Below the pieces are notes generated by a model that ran no database searches, was not told the origin of the DNA, and saw only the letters and a list, made by a program, of their open reading frames with translations. 64,000 nucleotides of DNA from Candidatus Marinacidobacterales bacterium (GTDB taxonomy: Bacteria > Acidobacteriota > Vicinamibacteria > Marinacidobacterales > SMYC01). A program made the translations under genes and the position numbers. The DNA lies in the NCBI GenBank assembly GCA_965237955.1, contig OZ250169.1:3968001-4032000 (forward strand), read 5' to 3'. Shown piece after piece: positions 42,201 to 52,812 of this stretch. How positions within the stretch are numbered: position 1 is the stretch's first letter; each line of letters opens with the position of its first letter.

Positions 42201-43288
42201 TGCCTTGGTGCACAACTCCGATAGAGGCCCGAGAGCTCGCTTGGCCCCGACTCCCATCATCCGATCATCTCGCTATCAGGCATCCCGAGCGCCGTCATCG
42301 TGTTGAGAATCTTACACCCGATCCTTGCCTCGACTCTCTGTGCCGCCAACCCTCTCGCTCGCATCGCTGAGCCCACGATAGCCTTGTAGCGATGGAACGT
42401 TGTCTCGACTTTGCTCCGTTTGCTGTAGCCCGATTCTGTGTGCCACTTTCGTTTGCCGAGCCGAGCTTGTGCTGCAATGTTGCGATTGCGCTGTCGGCTG
42501 CTCGCCGGCCCCGATGCGAGCTGGGCGCCCTTGCGCGGCGGTATCAGCACCCTCGGCGAGCAATGAGCGCTGTGATTCTCGATCGCCTCATAGACGCCGC
42601 CGGCGTCGTATGCGGTGTCAGCTCTGGCCGATGAGATGGGACTGTCGATCTGTCCGACAAGCGATGCAACCCGCGATGAATCGCGGGCTCTTTTGCTCGT
42701 CAGCTCGCCGGCGACGACTTCGCCACTCTGCTCGTCGACACACAGATGGAGCTTGCGATAGTCCCTGCTCTTTGGTGCTCTGCGCAGCTGGCCGGCGTGG
42801 ACAGCGAGACCGCTGCTGTCGATCAAGATGTGCAACGGCGTCTTCTGCTTGTCTTGGTAGAAGGGGACCTTACCCAGCTTCGCCTTGCGCCTCGAGATCG
42901 TGGTGTGATCGGGCACATCATTGTCTAGCTTCATCAGAGCGAACAACGATCGCAGCAATCCCTCGCTCTGCCTAGATGACAGATGAAACACCATGCCCAG
43001 GGTGACAGCCGTCTCGATGGCGTGGTTCGAGTACTTGCGTTGACGGCCCGGTTTCCTCCTCCTCGGCCGGGGCGCGTCCCAGTTCACAAGCTTGCCGGCG
43101 GTGAGCGAGATCCAGACGGTCAGGCTCCCACGGTTGCGTAGACCCGCCTCATATTCACGCCAATTCCTCACGCGATAGGCCTTCTTCACATACTTCCGCT
43201 GAGTGCGTTTGAAAATGCTCATGGGGAACCTCGAATCCGTGAGTAAAGGACAATTGTGGACCGAGATCGCGAGTTGTGCACCAAGGCA
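42201..43288 (-). mobile_element. IS5-family copy 5; transposase 42257-43222
   Basis: Both TIRs; 1088 bp. Confidence 0.95.
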
Positions 43289-44857
43289 CCCCGCTACCGC
43301 TAACCCACACCTCCAGTTTTTATATGTCGCTCTCGAGGGAGGTTTCGCTGAGGGATTTCGTCTCCATCCCCTATGGACACGGTGGCGGCCACGCCTGCCC
43401 TCGTCCCGCCAAGGGACGACTGTCCGCCCATGTATCGCCCGCGCAACCCGCACGCGAGCCCTCTATTCCAACTCTTCGAAACACACTACGAAACCGTCAA
43501 GACCGTCTGGGAAGAGCGATTCGAGCGCCAGTATGGATTTTGGCAAGACGCTGGGATCGTGCCGTGGCCGCTTACCTTGACTGTGGCTTGTTCGAATCCG
43601 GTTTCGCCCGCGTCCAGTGCCCGAACTGCAAAGTCGAGTTCCTCGTCGCCTTTTCGTGTCGGTGTCGGGGGCTTTGTCCATCGTGCAGCGCCAAGCGCGC
43701 CGCCATTTTCTCCGAGTTGCTGCAACACAAGATTCTCGCGGACATGCCTCACGCTCAATGGGTTTTCTCGATCCCAAAAATGTTGCGCCCCTACTTTCTC
43801 TACCATCAAGAGCTTCTAGGGGATCTCGCAAGACTCGCCTACGAGACCGTGCGTGAGACTGATGGCGGCCGCTGTCGAGGAGCCCGACGCGCGGCCGGGA
43901 ATGGTCGCCGTCATCCAGACCTTTGGGTCGTCGTTAAAATTCAATCCTCATATCCATGCGATCGTCACGCGTGGGGTCTTCCTCTCTAACGGACAGTGGC
44001 ATCCCATTCCCTACGTCGATGCCCACAAAGCCGAGCTTGTCTTTCGCCATAAGCTTCTCCGATTTCTACGAGACCGGACCTCATTTCCGAAGACCGCATC
44101 GACTTACTCTTATCTTGGCGCCATTCAGGTTTCAGCGTTCACAATCACACCACCGTCTATCCCAGCGACACTGAAGGGCTCCATCGCCTCGCTTGCTACT
44201 TGCACCGCGCCCCCGTGAACTTGTCCCGACTTCGCTATCATCCGGAATCCGGCATCCTTATTAATGAGCCCAAGCCCGGACACGATGTCGGCGACACCGA
44301 GCCTATCGACCCGCTCGAATTTCTCGCCCGAGTGCTCATCCACATCCCTGAGCCCAACAAGCATCTCGTCCATTTCTATGGCGCCTACGCCAACCGCGTT
44401 CGCTCCTCGACAACGCGTCTTTGCGACTCTGCGCAAAAGCAGGGAGAGGATCGACCGGCACCTACGCAACGCTCGGTGCGAAAACGATGGGCTGAGCTCA
44501 TTTACAAAATCTACGACGTCGACCCTTTGACCTGCCGATGCGGGGCCCAGATGAAGATCGTCGCTTTCGTCACTGAGCCCGCTTCCATTCGTCGTATTTT
44601 GGCGCACCGTAAGAACAACCCCTCGCGACAAAGAGCTCCTCCAAAGCCGACGCTCAACCTCCATTGACGCCTACCCCACTAAACGCTCTTCCTGTGTCTT
44701 GAACCTCGTGAACGGTCTTCGACGCCCCATACCGTCCCCGCGACGATCCCTTTTTCTCTCGCAATGCGTCCGGCTTAATTCAAAACGCCCACCTTGAAAG
44801 GAAATTTGCCTCAATCTTGCCTCCCAAGGACTGGCCCTCGGGATAGAAACGGCTATC
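43289..44857 (+). mobile_element. IS91/ISCR-like rolling-circle element; Zn-finger plus HUH transposase (43373-44667) with several frameshifts
   Basis: 'YLDCG..GFARVQCPNC..AFSCRCRGLCPSC', 'QTFG..FNPHIH', 'HLVHFYGAYAN', 'RAPP'; ends GAAACGGCTATC. Confidence 0.8.
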
Positions 44858-45041
44858 TGTTCCGATTCTCGCCGGGCGACATCCTCGACCTCAGAAGCGA
44901 CGGGATGGCAATCGCGGCCAGGACGAGCGCGAGTATGGTGAGAACGAGACACCCGGTTCCACCAAAGCTGGACGTTTCTCGGGCTGTCTCGTGACTGTCT
45001 GGTTCCTCTCGCTGCTCTCGAATCACCTTTCGCGCCGCCAA
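44858..45041 (-). pseudogene. Type IV pilin-like N-terminal fragment
   Basis: 'LVLTILALVLAAIAIPSLLRSRMSPGE', cut at the element end. Confidence 0.5.
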
Positions 45042-45087
45042 ACGAGCTCGCCCGTCCCCTCTTGCGGCCGAAGCGCGATCCGATCCT

Positions 45088-45188
45088 CAGTAAGCTCGAC
45101 TTTCGCTTCATCACCCTTTCGCGGAGTCCCTCAGGTTCATTTCTAGGCGCCACTGAGTTACGATCTCCTATCAGTATCTCCTATCAGT
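45088..45188 (+). repeat. 88-bp copy of a rolling-circle element terminus plus a 13-bp tandem duplication
   Basis: 45088-45175 matches 47904-47991 with 4 mismatches; ATCTCCTATCAGT occurs twice. Confidence 0.9.
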
Positions 45189-45304
45189 CCTCGGGAGGCA
45201 GACCCTTCGCGTCGGACGGCTTCTCGCTCATGAGCGGGACACTTATAACACCGTCGCCGGCTGGAGGTCCCGATCAATCCCCGGTAGAATCTTCGACCAA
45301 AAAT

Positions 45305-47044
45305 ATGCGCCTGACCTCGGGATCGCGCAAGCTCTCGGCACTTCTCGCCTCGGTGGCGTTCGTTGCTTGCGAGGCGCCCGAAAGTCAGCGCCCCAACATC
45401 ATCCTCGTCATGACCGACGACCAGGGGATCGGGGATTTGGCTGTCATGGGGAACCCCGTGATCGACACCCCGAACCTCGACCGCCTCGCCGCCGAGGGGG
45501 CGCAGATGACGACGTTCTACGTCAGCCCCGTGTGCGCGCCGACGCGCGCGAGCTTGATGACGGGCCGCTACAACTATCGCACGCGCGTCGTCGATACCTA
45601 CATCGGCCGCGCGATGATGGAGCCGGAGGAAGTGACGCTCGCGGAAGTGCTGCGCGATGCCGGCTACGCGACCGGGCTCTTCGGTAAGTGGCACCTCGGT
45701 GACAACTATCCGATGCGGCCGCAGGATCAAGGATTCGAAGAGGTCCTCATGCACCGCGGCGGGGGTATCGGCCAGCCGTCGGATCCACTCGCGGGCGAGA
45801 ACAGGTACACCGATCCGGTGTTGTTCGAGAACGGCGTCGAGAAGAGCTTCGAAGGTTATTGCGCGGACCTCTATTTCGATCACGCGATGAAATGGCTCGA
45901 GCGCGAGCACCGTGCCCGCCGGCCCTTCTTCGCTTACATCTCGAGCAACACCCCTCACAGTCCCTATCACGATGTGCCCGAAGAGCTATATCGCAAGTAC
46001 CGAGAGCGTGACCTGTCAGAGGTCATGCTGAGAGGTGGCGACGATCCCGATACGCTCGCGCGCATCTTCGCGATGGTCGAGAACATCGACCAGAACATGG
46101 GCCGCTTGCACGATCGGCTCGGCACGCTCGGCATCGCCGAGAACACCATCGTCATCTTCCTCACCGACAACGGGCCGAACACGATGCGCTATGTCGGCGA
46201 TCTGCGAGGCATGAAGGGGCAGGTTCACAGCGGCGGCATACGGACGAGCTTCTTTTGGCGCTGGCCCGCACGTGTCGACGCCGGACGCAGGATCGACACC
46301 ATGGCGGCGCACATCGACGTCATGCCCACGTTGCTCGAAGCGGCGGGAGTTGCGTCACTGGCAGGCATGGACGGTGTGAGCTTCTTGCCGGAGCTCGAGG
46401 GAGATGTCCGCGAGCGAGACGATCGTACGCTTTTCATCCAAACGCACCGTGGCGATGTGCCGCAGCTGTATCACCACGTGTCCATCCACACCGAGCGATG
46501 GAAGCTGGTCAACCCGAGCGGCTTCGGGCTGGACGCGATGGAGGGCGAGCCCGAGTGGGAGCTCTACGATCTGAGCGTCGACCCGGGCGAGAGCAACAAC
46601 GTCGCCGAAGAGAATCCGCAGCAGCTCGAGCTACTGAAGAAGCAGTACGAAGATTGGTTCCGCGACGTGAGCTCGACGCGAGATCACAACTACGCTCCGC
46701 CGCGCATCATCGTCGGCTCCTCGCACGAGCCGATCTCGGTGCTCACGCGGCAGGACTGGCGGCATTTTCAGGATCGACCGTGGGCGCCGCGCTCCAACGG
46801 GGTTTGGAAGATTGACGCCGCGGAGGGTGGGACATATCGGGTGACGGTGCTCTTAAAGACCGAGCCCGAGAGGGTGGAGCTGCGCTGGGGCGATCGATCG
46901 TGGACTCAAAGCGTCGGCGACGGCGCGACCGAGGTCGTCTTCGATGTCGACGAAATCCAGGCCGGTCCCGCTGATCTCATGGCCGTGGCTCGAGAGGACG
47001 GGGCCGAGTATGGCCCTTGGCAGGCGGAGGTGGAGAGGAGGTAG
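45305..47044 (+). CDS. Arylsulfatase
   Basis: 'RPNIILVMTDDQG', 'CAPTRASLMTGRY', 'GKWHLG', 'TDNG'. Confidence 0.92.
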   Translation: MRLTSGSRKLSALLASVAFVACEAPESQRPNIILVMTDDQGIGDLAVMGNPVIDTPNLDRLAAEGAQMTTFYVSPVCAPTRASLMTGRYNYRTRVVDTYIGRAMMEPEEVTLAEVLRDAGYATGLFGKWHLGDNYPMRPQDQGFEEVLMHRGGGIGQPSDPLAGENRYTDPVLFENGVEKSFEGYCADLYFDHAMKWLEREHRARRPFFAYISSNTPHSPYHDVPEELYRKYRERDLSEVMLRGGDDPDTLARIFAMVENIDQNMGRLHDRLGTLGIAENTIVIFLTDNGPNTMRYVGDLRGMKGQVHSGGIRTSFFWRWPARVDAGRRIDTMAAHIDVMPTLLEAAGVASLAGMDGVSFLPELEGDVRERDDRTLFIQTHRGDVPQLYHHVSIHTERWKLVNPSGFGLDAMEGEPEWELYDLSVDPGESNNVAEENPQQLELLKKQYEDWFRDVSSTRDHNYAPPRIIVGSSHEPISVLTRQDWRHFQDRPWAPRSNGVWKIDAAEGGTYRVTVLLKTEPERVELRWGDRSWTQSVGDGATEVVFDVDEIQAGPADLMAVAREDGAEYGPWQAEVERR

Positions 47045-47046
47045 TC

Positions 47047-47247
47047 GTGAGAGACAAATTGGAGCTCGTTGGGAACGCGGCTGGGCTCCTTGGAGTGGTG
47101 CTCTGTCTTGGAGCGGGGCTAGGAAGGGTCGCGGGCTTCTACATTCTCGCGGGGTTCGAGCCGATGAGCCTGTACTTGGGAGGGATGGGCTTCATGCTCG
47201 GCGCTTGCTTGGCCAAGCTCCATTTGTTGGGCGCTGCCGAGCGTTGA
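47047..47247 (+). CDS. Small 2-TM membrane protein
   Basis: GTG start 2 nt after the sulfatase stop; hydrophobic. Confidence 0.55.
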   Translation: MRDKLELVGNAAGLLGVVLCLGAGLGRVAGFYILAGFEPMSLYLGGMGFMLGACLAKLHLLGAAER

Positions 47248-47364
47248 GGGACGGAGACGTCGCTAGACGCGACGTCTCCGCCTTCGCTCAGACGCCGTGG
47301 TCGTCAATGAGGGCTTGGCCCAGGGCCGCGGACTCCTCGTCGTCCAGCACCGGGGTGCAATCCA

Positions 47365-47991
47365 AATCGAGAGACGGGTTCACCCAGACTCCCAGCTCAT
47401 CCTCTACGAGTCCAAAGCTGGGCACGAGGTCGACGATGAGTCCCACCTCAACCCCTTGGAGTTTCTGGCTCGAGTTCTTATCCACATCCCCGAGCCCAAC
47501 AAGCACTTGGTTCATTTCTACGGCGTCTATGCCAACCGCGTTCGTTCCACGTACCGGAAAAGAAGATACGGCTCCACCCGACGAAGCGACGGACGCCACG
47601 CCTCCCCGGCGCGTTGTGAGCAAGCGATGGGCCGAGCTCATCTACCGAATCTACGAGATCGACCCTTTAACCTGTCGGCAATGTGGCGCCCCAATGAAGA
47701 TTCTCGCTTTCATCACCAAGCCCTCCGTCATCCGCCGAATCCTCGATCACGACGCCAGGAGTCGACAACGAGCTCCCCCCTGCCTACTCGACTCGAGTCC
47801 ACTAAACCCAACGACTCATGCCGACACTCGACGTCTGCCTACCAGCCGTCGACTCCGAATCCACCAACCTGAACTCGAGCTTTCCTCTAACTCGAGCCTA
47901 CACCAGTAAGCTCGACCTTCGCTTCACCACCCTTTCGCGGAGCCCTTCAGGTTCATTTCTAGGCGCCACTGAGTTACGATCTCCTATCAGT
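47365..47991 (+). mobile_element. Second IS91/ISCR-like element, 3' part only
   Basis: 'PLEFLARVLIHIPEPNKHLVHFYGVYANR', 'RWAELIYRIYEIDPLTCRQCG', 'RAPP'; ends CTCCTATCAGT. Confidence 0.8.
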
Positions 47992-48031
47992 CGATTGGAC
48001 CACTGGGATGCAACTCTGCCGTCAGAATATG

Positions 48032-49840
48032 TCAAACAAGGGAAGACGCCGGTCCCGGACGACCCAACCGAACCCGCCTACCGCCCGCAATAGAAGCCGC
48101 GGCTGCGCCAAGCAGTAGCAGCGCAGCCGGGAACCCTCCGAAATTGCTGCGCTGGCCAGGAACGCTGCAGTCGCAGCCCGACTCCTGATCGGTATTGCTG
48201 ACACGCGTGGAGGCGTCACCATCCTGTGTGCCGCCCGCGTCCATTGGATCAGACTCCATCTGCTCCGTGCCATCAGGCGGATCAGTCGAGTCCATGGCGC
48301 TTCCTGCGTCGGCTCCCATCATCATATCCGGGCCAGGTTCACCACCTCGCGGAGGCGGCTGGTCACCAAACGCGAACGAATAGACCTTTGCGTCTCCCGT
48401 GATCTCAAAACGAATCCGCGTTTCATGTCCCACGCACCTGTCGTAATTGTAGTCGTTCATCCAGGTGAGACCGGAATCCACCCCGCTAGCCGTCATGGGT
48501 TCGCTCTCAGCGATCACAGCACCTTTGGCATCAAGCAACGTCACCTTGACGCTGCCGCCCGCCTCGATGTCGGCCGTGACTTCAAGGTTGCTGCCCCGGC
48601 AGATCACCGGGACCGTATTGACCTCCGCGGGTGCGTCAGAAGCTGGCTCATAGCCCGCCCAGTGATCGGGTTTGATGGTGGCCAGGCCCAAGAACCCTTT
48701 TCGCCAATCGAAAAAGTACCAATCGCCAGCGCCGTAATAGATGCGCACCTCGTCCTCCAGAAACACCGGCGCCGACGCGAATATCACCCCGAAGTCATGG
48801 GCCATTTTTCCGAATTCGGGGGGAGTGGGACCGCTCGTGCCGTTTGGAATGAAGGGGGTGCCCGGCTCGATCCGGTGCCAGGTTGTGCCGTCCGGGCTCC
48901 AGGTTAACTCAACATGCTGCGTGACATTATCCATCACCCCCTGATCTGGCGTGGCTCCCTCTGGGAAATGCATGGATCCCAAAAGCCCAATGTAGATGCC
49001 CCCGGTCGGGAACACGATCATGTCATGAGCCTGCTCCAACGGGTCCTCGCTCGCAGCAAAGACCTCAGTGTGCTTCGTCCAGGTCAAGAAATCTTTCGAC
49101 TCGGTGAACGTTACCACGCGTCCCTGCGGTCCCTTCTCGCGCGTGTAGCCCATGTACCTCCGCGTTCGTTCATCCCAAAAAGCGTTGTTGTGCGTGTCAC
49201 CTGGGGACTCAATGGTGGCCGCGTTTACCCAGTCTGACCAGTTCACACCATCGGGAGAGTAAGCGATGGTCATGTCCTTGGTGCCGCGGAAGTCAAAGCT
49301 TGAGAAGAACGCCTTGTAGCGCTTCTTAGGGTCTGCATCATGGGGATCGACGAAAATGCCCACACCGTGAGGTTCATGCATCACAAAGTTGTTGGCAGTG
49401 TTGCCTTCAAACTCGAGCAGATTCAGATCAGGTTTTTCCCAAACCAGGCCGTCTGCGCTGGTGGCGTACAGCAGTGAGATCACCCGATCATTGGGCTTCT
49501 TCCTCATGTAGTCGGTGTCCGTAGGGTTTCGCTCCGCCTCCGGCGTCGACGTCGTCCGCATATCTACGGTGAAGGGGTTGTACCAACACTTGTAAACACC
49601 TTGTTCAAACACGACGTTCGCGTAAACGTTGTCGAACCGAACCTCCCACGGCTTGTCCTCCCCAAACAGTGGCTCCGGATGTTTGTCGATTTCTCCGACT
49701 GTCAGCTTCGCCCCCGTCTCGGACTCCACAAACCCGAGGAGCATGTACCGTTCATAATCAGGCGTTTGCGCGAAGGCGCTCTCGATAGTGAACGCGCCTA
49801 CGAGCAGGGCCAAACAGGCGCGTCGAACGATGGTATGCAT
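48032..49840 (-). CDS. Five-bladed beta-propeller glycosidase-like protein (GH32/43/130-like) with a MYXO-CTERM-like anchor
   Basis: Asp-box-like 'SADGLVW', 'SPDGVNW', 'SKDFLTW'; C-terminus 'SGCDCSV..ALLLLGAAA..RRVR'. Confidence 0.7.
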   Translation of the reverse strand: MHTIVRRACLALLVGAFTIESAFAQTPDYERYMLLGFVESETGAKLTVGEIDKHPEPLFGEDKPWEVRFDNVYANVVFEQGVYKCWYNPFTVDMRTTSTPEAERNPTDTDYMRKKPNDRVISLLYATSADGLVWEKPDLNLLEFEGNTANNFVMHEPHGVGIFVDPHDADPKKRYKAFFSSFDFRGTKDMTIAYSPDGVNWSDWVNAATIESPGDTHNNAFWDERTRRYMGYTREKGPQGRVVTFTESKDFLTWTKHTEVFAASEDPLEQAHDMIVFPTGGIYIGLLGSMHFPEGATPDQGVMDNVTQHVELTWSPDGTTWHRIEPGTPFIPNGTSGPTPPEFGKMAHDFGVIFASAPVFLEDEVRIYYGAGDWYFFDWRKGFLGLATIKPDHWAGYEPASDAPAEVNTVPVICRGSNLEVTADIEAGGSVKVTLLDAKGAVIAESEPMTASGVDSGLTWMNDYNYDRCVGHETRIRFEITGDAKVYSFAFGDQPPPRGGEPGPDMMMGADAGSAMDSTDPPDGTEQMESDPMDAGGTQDGDASTRVSNTDQESGCDCSVPGQRSNFGGFPAALLLLGAAAASIAGGRRVRLGRPGPASSLV

Positions 49841-49971
49841 GTTCACTAGTACCCCCTTCTTGCGCTCGCTTGGCCAACGCTTGGGCGGCCTCAAGCACCT
49901 GCCTTAACGGGCGTTCCTCAAGGAATTTCACGCAGGCAGGCTAGCACATCCCTTCGTTTCTGTTTCGCCAC

Positions 49972-51159
49972 TTGATCCCAAGACCGATTCGGCAGAAATT
50001 ACCCGTTATGACCAAGACCACCTCGGACGCGAAGACAGGCCGGAAGCGGTACAAGTGGACGACGGCCAAGGGCTCGCGCCAGGACGCAGAGAAGGCGCTG
50101 ACGGCCCAGCTCGCCGAGGTCGATGCCGGTACGAACGTCGACCCGTCCACCATGAAGGTAGGCGAGTGGCTCGACACGTGGATCAAAACGGTCATCGAGC
50201 CGGACGAGCGGAAAGAAGGCAACGACGAAGGCATCGCCCCGAGAACCGTCGAGACATACCGGGCCGTCGTCAATCACCATTTGAGGCCCGCGCTCGGCAG
50301 GCATCGGCTCCAGAAGCTAACGGCGATCCACGTGATGGACTACTACGCGGCGAAGGGCGCCGAGCTTTCGAAGACGACCCTGCAACAGCATCAGGCGGTC
50401 TTCCATCGAGCATTGAAGGACGCGAAGAGTATCAAGCTCGTCTCTCAGAACGTCGCGGCCTCCGTGCCCAACAAGCCGCGAAGGAAGAAGGGCTATCGAG
50501 CGGTCGATCCCGACGAAGAGGTATGGACCGTTGCCGAGGTACGCAAGGTCCTCGAGGCCGCGCGGAAGATGGGTAAGCAACCGGCAGCGTTCTATACCGT
50601 CGCCCTGGAGACGGGTATGCGAAAGGCGGAGCTCTGCGGGCTCAAGTGGCAGGACATCGACCTCGACGAAGGCCGGATCTCCGTCGTCCGCCAGCTCCGA
50701 AAGCCCGGAGCCGATCCCGTGTACGGTCCTCCGAAGAACGGCCGCACGAGAAAGCTCGAGATCAGTAAGACGGTCGTCGAGCTCCTGCTCAAGCACAAGA
50801 GGTCCCAAGCGGAACAGAAACTAAAGAACCGGATCGTCTATCGAGATCATGGTCTCGTGTTCAGTAAGGAATGGTCGGAGCTCGGACGCAATGATCGACT
50901 GGATGAGCCTCTCCAGATGAACAACATCGGTCAGAGAGAATTTGCGACGCTCATCGAGAAAGCGGGCGTCAAGACGATCACCTTTCACGGGATGAGGCAC
51001 ACGTGCGCGACCTTGGCGCTCGAGGCCGGAGTGCCCGCGAAGGTGGTTCAAGAGCGGTTGGGTCATAAGGATATTTCCATCACGCTCGGTATCTATACGC
51101 ACGCGCTGAAGTCGATGCAGCAGGACGCGGCAGAGAAGTTGTCGAAGCTGATGCGATAG
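49972..51159 (+). CDS. Tyrosine recombinase/integrase (phage/ICE type); N-terminus probably truncated
   Basis: 'TGMRKAEL', 'FHGMRHT', 'LGHKDISITLGIYTH'. Confidence 0.9.
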   Translation: MIPRPIRQKLPVMTKTTSDAKTGRKRYKWTTAKGSRQDAEKALTAQLAEVDAGTNVDPSTMKVGEWLDTWIKTVIEPDERKEGNDEGIAPRTVETYRAVVNHHLRPALGRHRLQKLTAIHVMDYYAAKGAELSKTTLQQHQAVFHRALKDAKSIKLVSQNVAASVPNKPRRKKGYRAVDPDEEVWTVAEVRKVLEAARKMGKQPAAFYTVALETGMRKAELCGLKWQDIDLDEGRISVVRQLRKPGADPVYGPPKNGRTRKLEISKTVVELLLKHKRSQAEQKLKNRIVYRDHGLVFSKEWSELGRNDRLDEPLQMNNIGQREFATLIEKAGVKTITFHGMRHTCATLALEAGVPAKVVQERLGHKDISITLGIYTHALKSMQQDAAEKLSKLMR

Positions 51160-51173
51160 CGCTGGAACCGACG

Positions 51174-52206
51174 TTGACAAAACGGATCCTAATATTTGGA
51201 GCCGGTGCATCTAACGCGGCAGGCTACCCGCTTGCGAACGACCTCCTCCCCTCAATCAAGGATTTTCAGACAACAAACACAGCGCTTGTCCAGCTACGCG
51301 ATGCATGGGAAAAATGGGAAGGCGCGAGGAATGCGCTATCGGAAACGTACACCAAAGATCTATTGTCGAATCCGAATCCAGAAGTAGCCCTTTCTCTACT
51401 TGAACTAATTGAAATCGGCGCGACTTCCAGTTCTAACCTCCACGAGCAGACTGCCAAGGTGCGCTCAGCCAAAGCAGCATTATTTGAGTGCCTAAAGTGG
51501 TATTTCACGTTCAAGAATCGTGACGATGCCGAGGATCCAAGTCGGCGTGACTACCTTCGTGATCTACTGCGCTCCCTGGACGAGGGCGATGTCGTTCTTA
51601 CTCTGAACTGGGACACAGTTGCTGAAAGAACTCTTTGTGAACTGGGCGGGAAATGGAACCCGACAACAGGATACGGTCTTGACTGCCCTCTCCATTTCCT
51701 CGGGTCTCCACATTATTCCGTTCCAGACGCGGCTATACCGCGAACGCAACCCTCTCAAGTAACAGTTCTAAAGCTTCATGGTTCCTTCGGATGGTACGAG
51801 ACGTATGGCGATTTCTACATCAGCCGGCAGGTCCTAGACGACTTCCGATTTCAGTACGAGGGTGACAACGTGTTCCCACGCCACCTACGGGAGCCGCTTG
51901 TTGGTCCTGACATGGACCCTGTGCTTTTGTACCCTTCATTCCTGAAACGCTTGAGTAGAATCGAACTGCGAGAGATCTGGCACAAAGCCAAGATCGCTCT
52001 AGACAATTGTGACCGCGTGGAGATCTACGGCTACAGTCTTCCAGAGACAGATATTGCCGTTCGTGCGCTTCTAAATGACCTTCGGTTCCGCCTTCAAGAG
52101 GGGCACCGTTACTGCGCATGTGTCAAACCCCAATGAGGAGGCGCAGAGCCGATGGCGAGATCTGTTGGGCGAGCGCGCGCAGATTGATTCGTCACGCTTA
52201 GAGTGA
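51174..52206 (+). CDS. SIR2-like domain protein, apparent frameshift near 52105
   Basis: 'ILIFGAGAS', 'TLNWD', 'LKLHGSFGW', 'IYGYSLPETD'; lower GC than flanks; tail 'HVSNPNEEAQSRW' in a shifted frame. Confidence 0.75.
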
Positions 52207-52500
52207 CGACTCGGTGAGTCTCCTCGCCCCCGGCGGGCTCGCCCTCCCTCCTCCCTGGATATGCTGACCAAGTAAGCCGAGCCCGCCCCTCACTCCCCGG
52301 CGAGCCCGGCTTCCTTGCCCTTCACGCCAAACACCCATGTAAGACGAAATTCGGGGCGGGAAACCTCCCTCGGGCGCCCCCGTTTCATCCAAAGAACTTG
52401 CTTTTGCAGGTAGCCTCCCGAGCTGGTATAGCTTCAGCTGGTCTCTGGTTCTCTATATTTCGGCGGCGGGGTGAGTGTCGCCTGCAAAGGAGGTCCGTCA

Positions 52501-52653
52501 ATGTTTTTCAAAAACATGAAATACAAGACACAAGCTGCGGCGTTCACGCCTGCCCCGAGGTCAAAAGCAAAAGTCTGGCGCGCGGAGTCCGGGGGGAAAG
52601 AACCGCCGCCGGAGGTTTGGAAGCTTTGGGACGACGAAAGGGATAAAGACTGA
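52501..52653 (+). CDS. Small hypothetical ORF, 50 aa
   Basis: Strong SD AAAGGAGGT 6 nt upstream of the ATG. Confidence 0.35.
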   Translation: MFFKNMKYKTQAAAFTPAPRSKAKVWRAESGGKEPPPEVWKLWDDERDKD

Positions 52654-52812
52654 AGGTATTATTTATAAAAAGTATATTAAATTATCGTGGTTAACATAGG
52701 AGGTATGAAATATGAAAACATATAAAATATTGGTCTTTTGTGTATCCGTCGCGTCAATATTATTGCTCTCGTGCAGAAAGACAGATACGAAGAGGGAACC
52801 TGTTGTTTTTAA

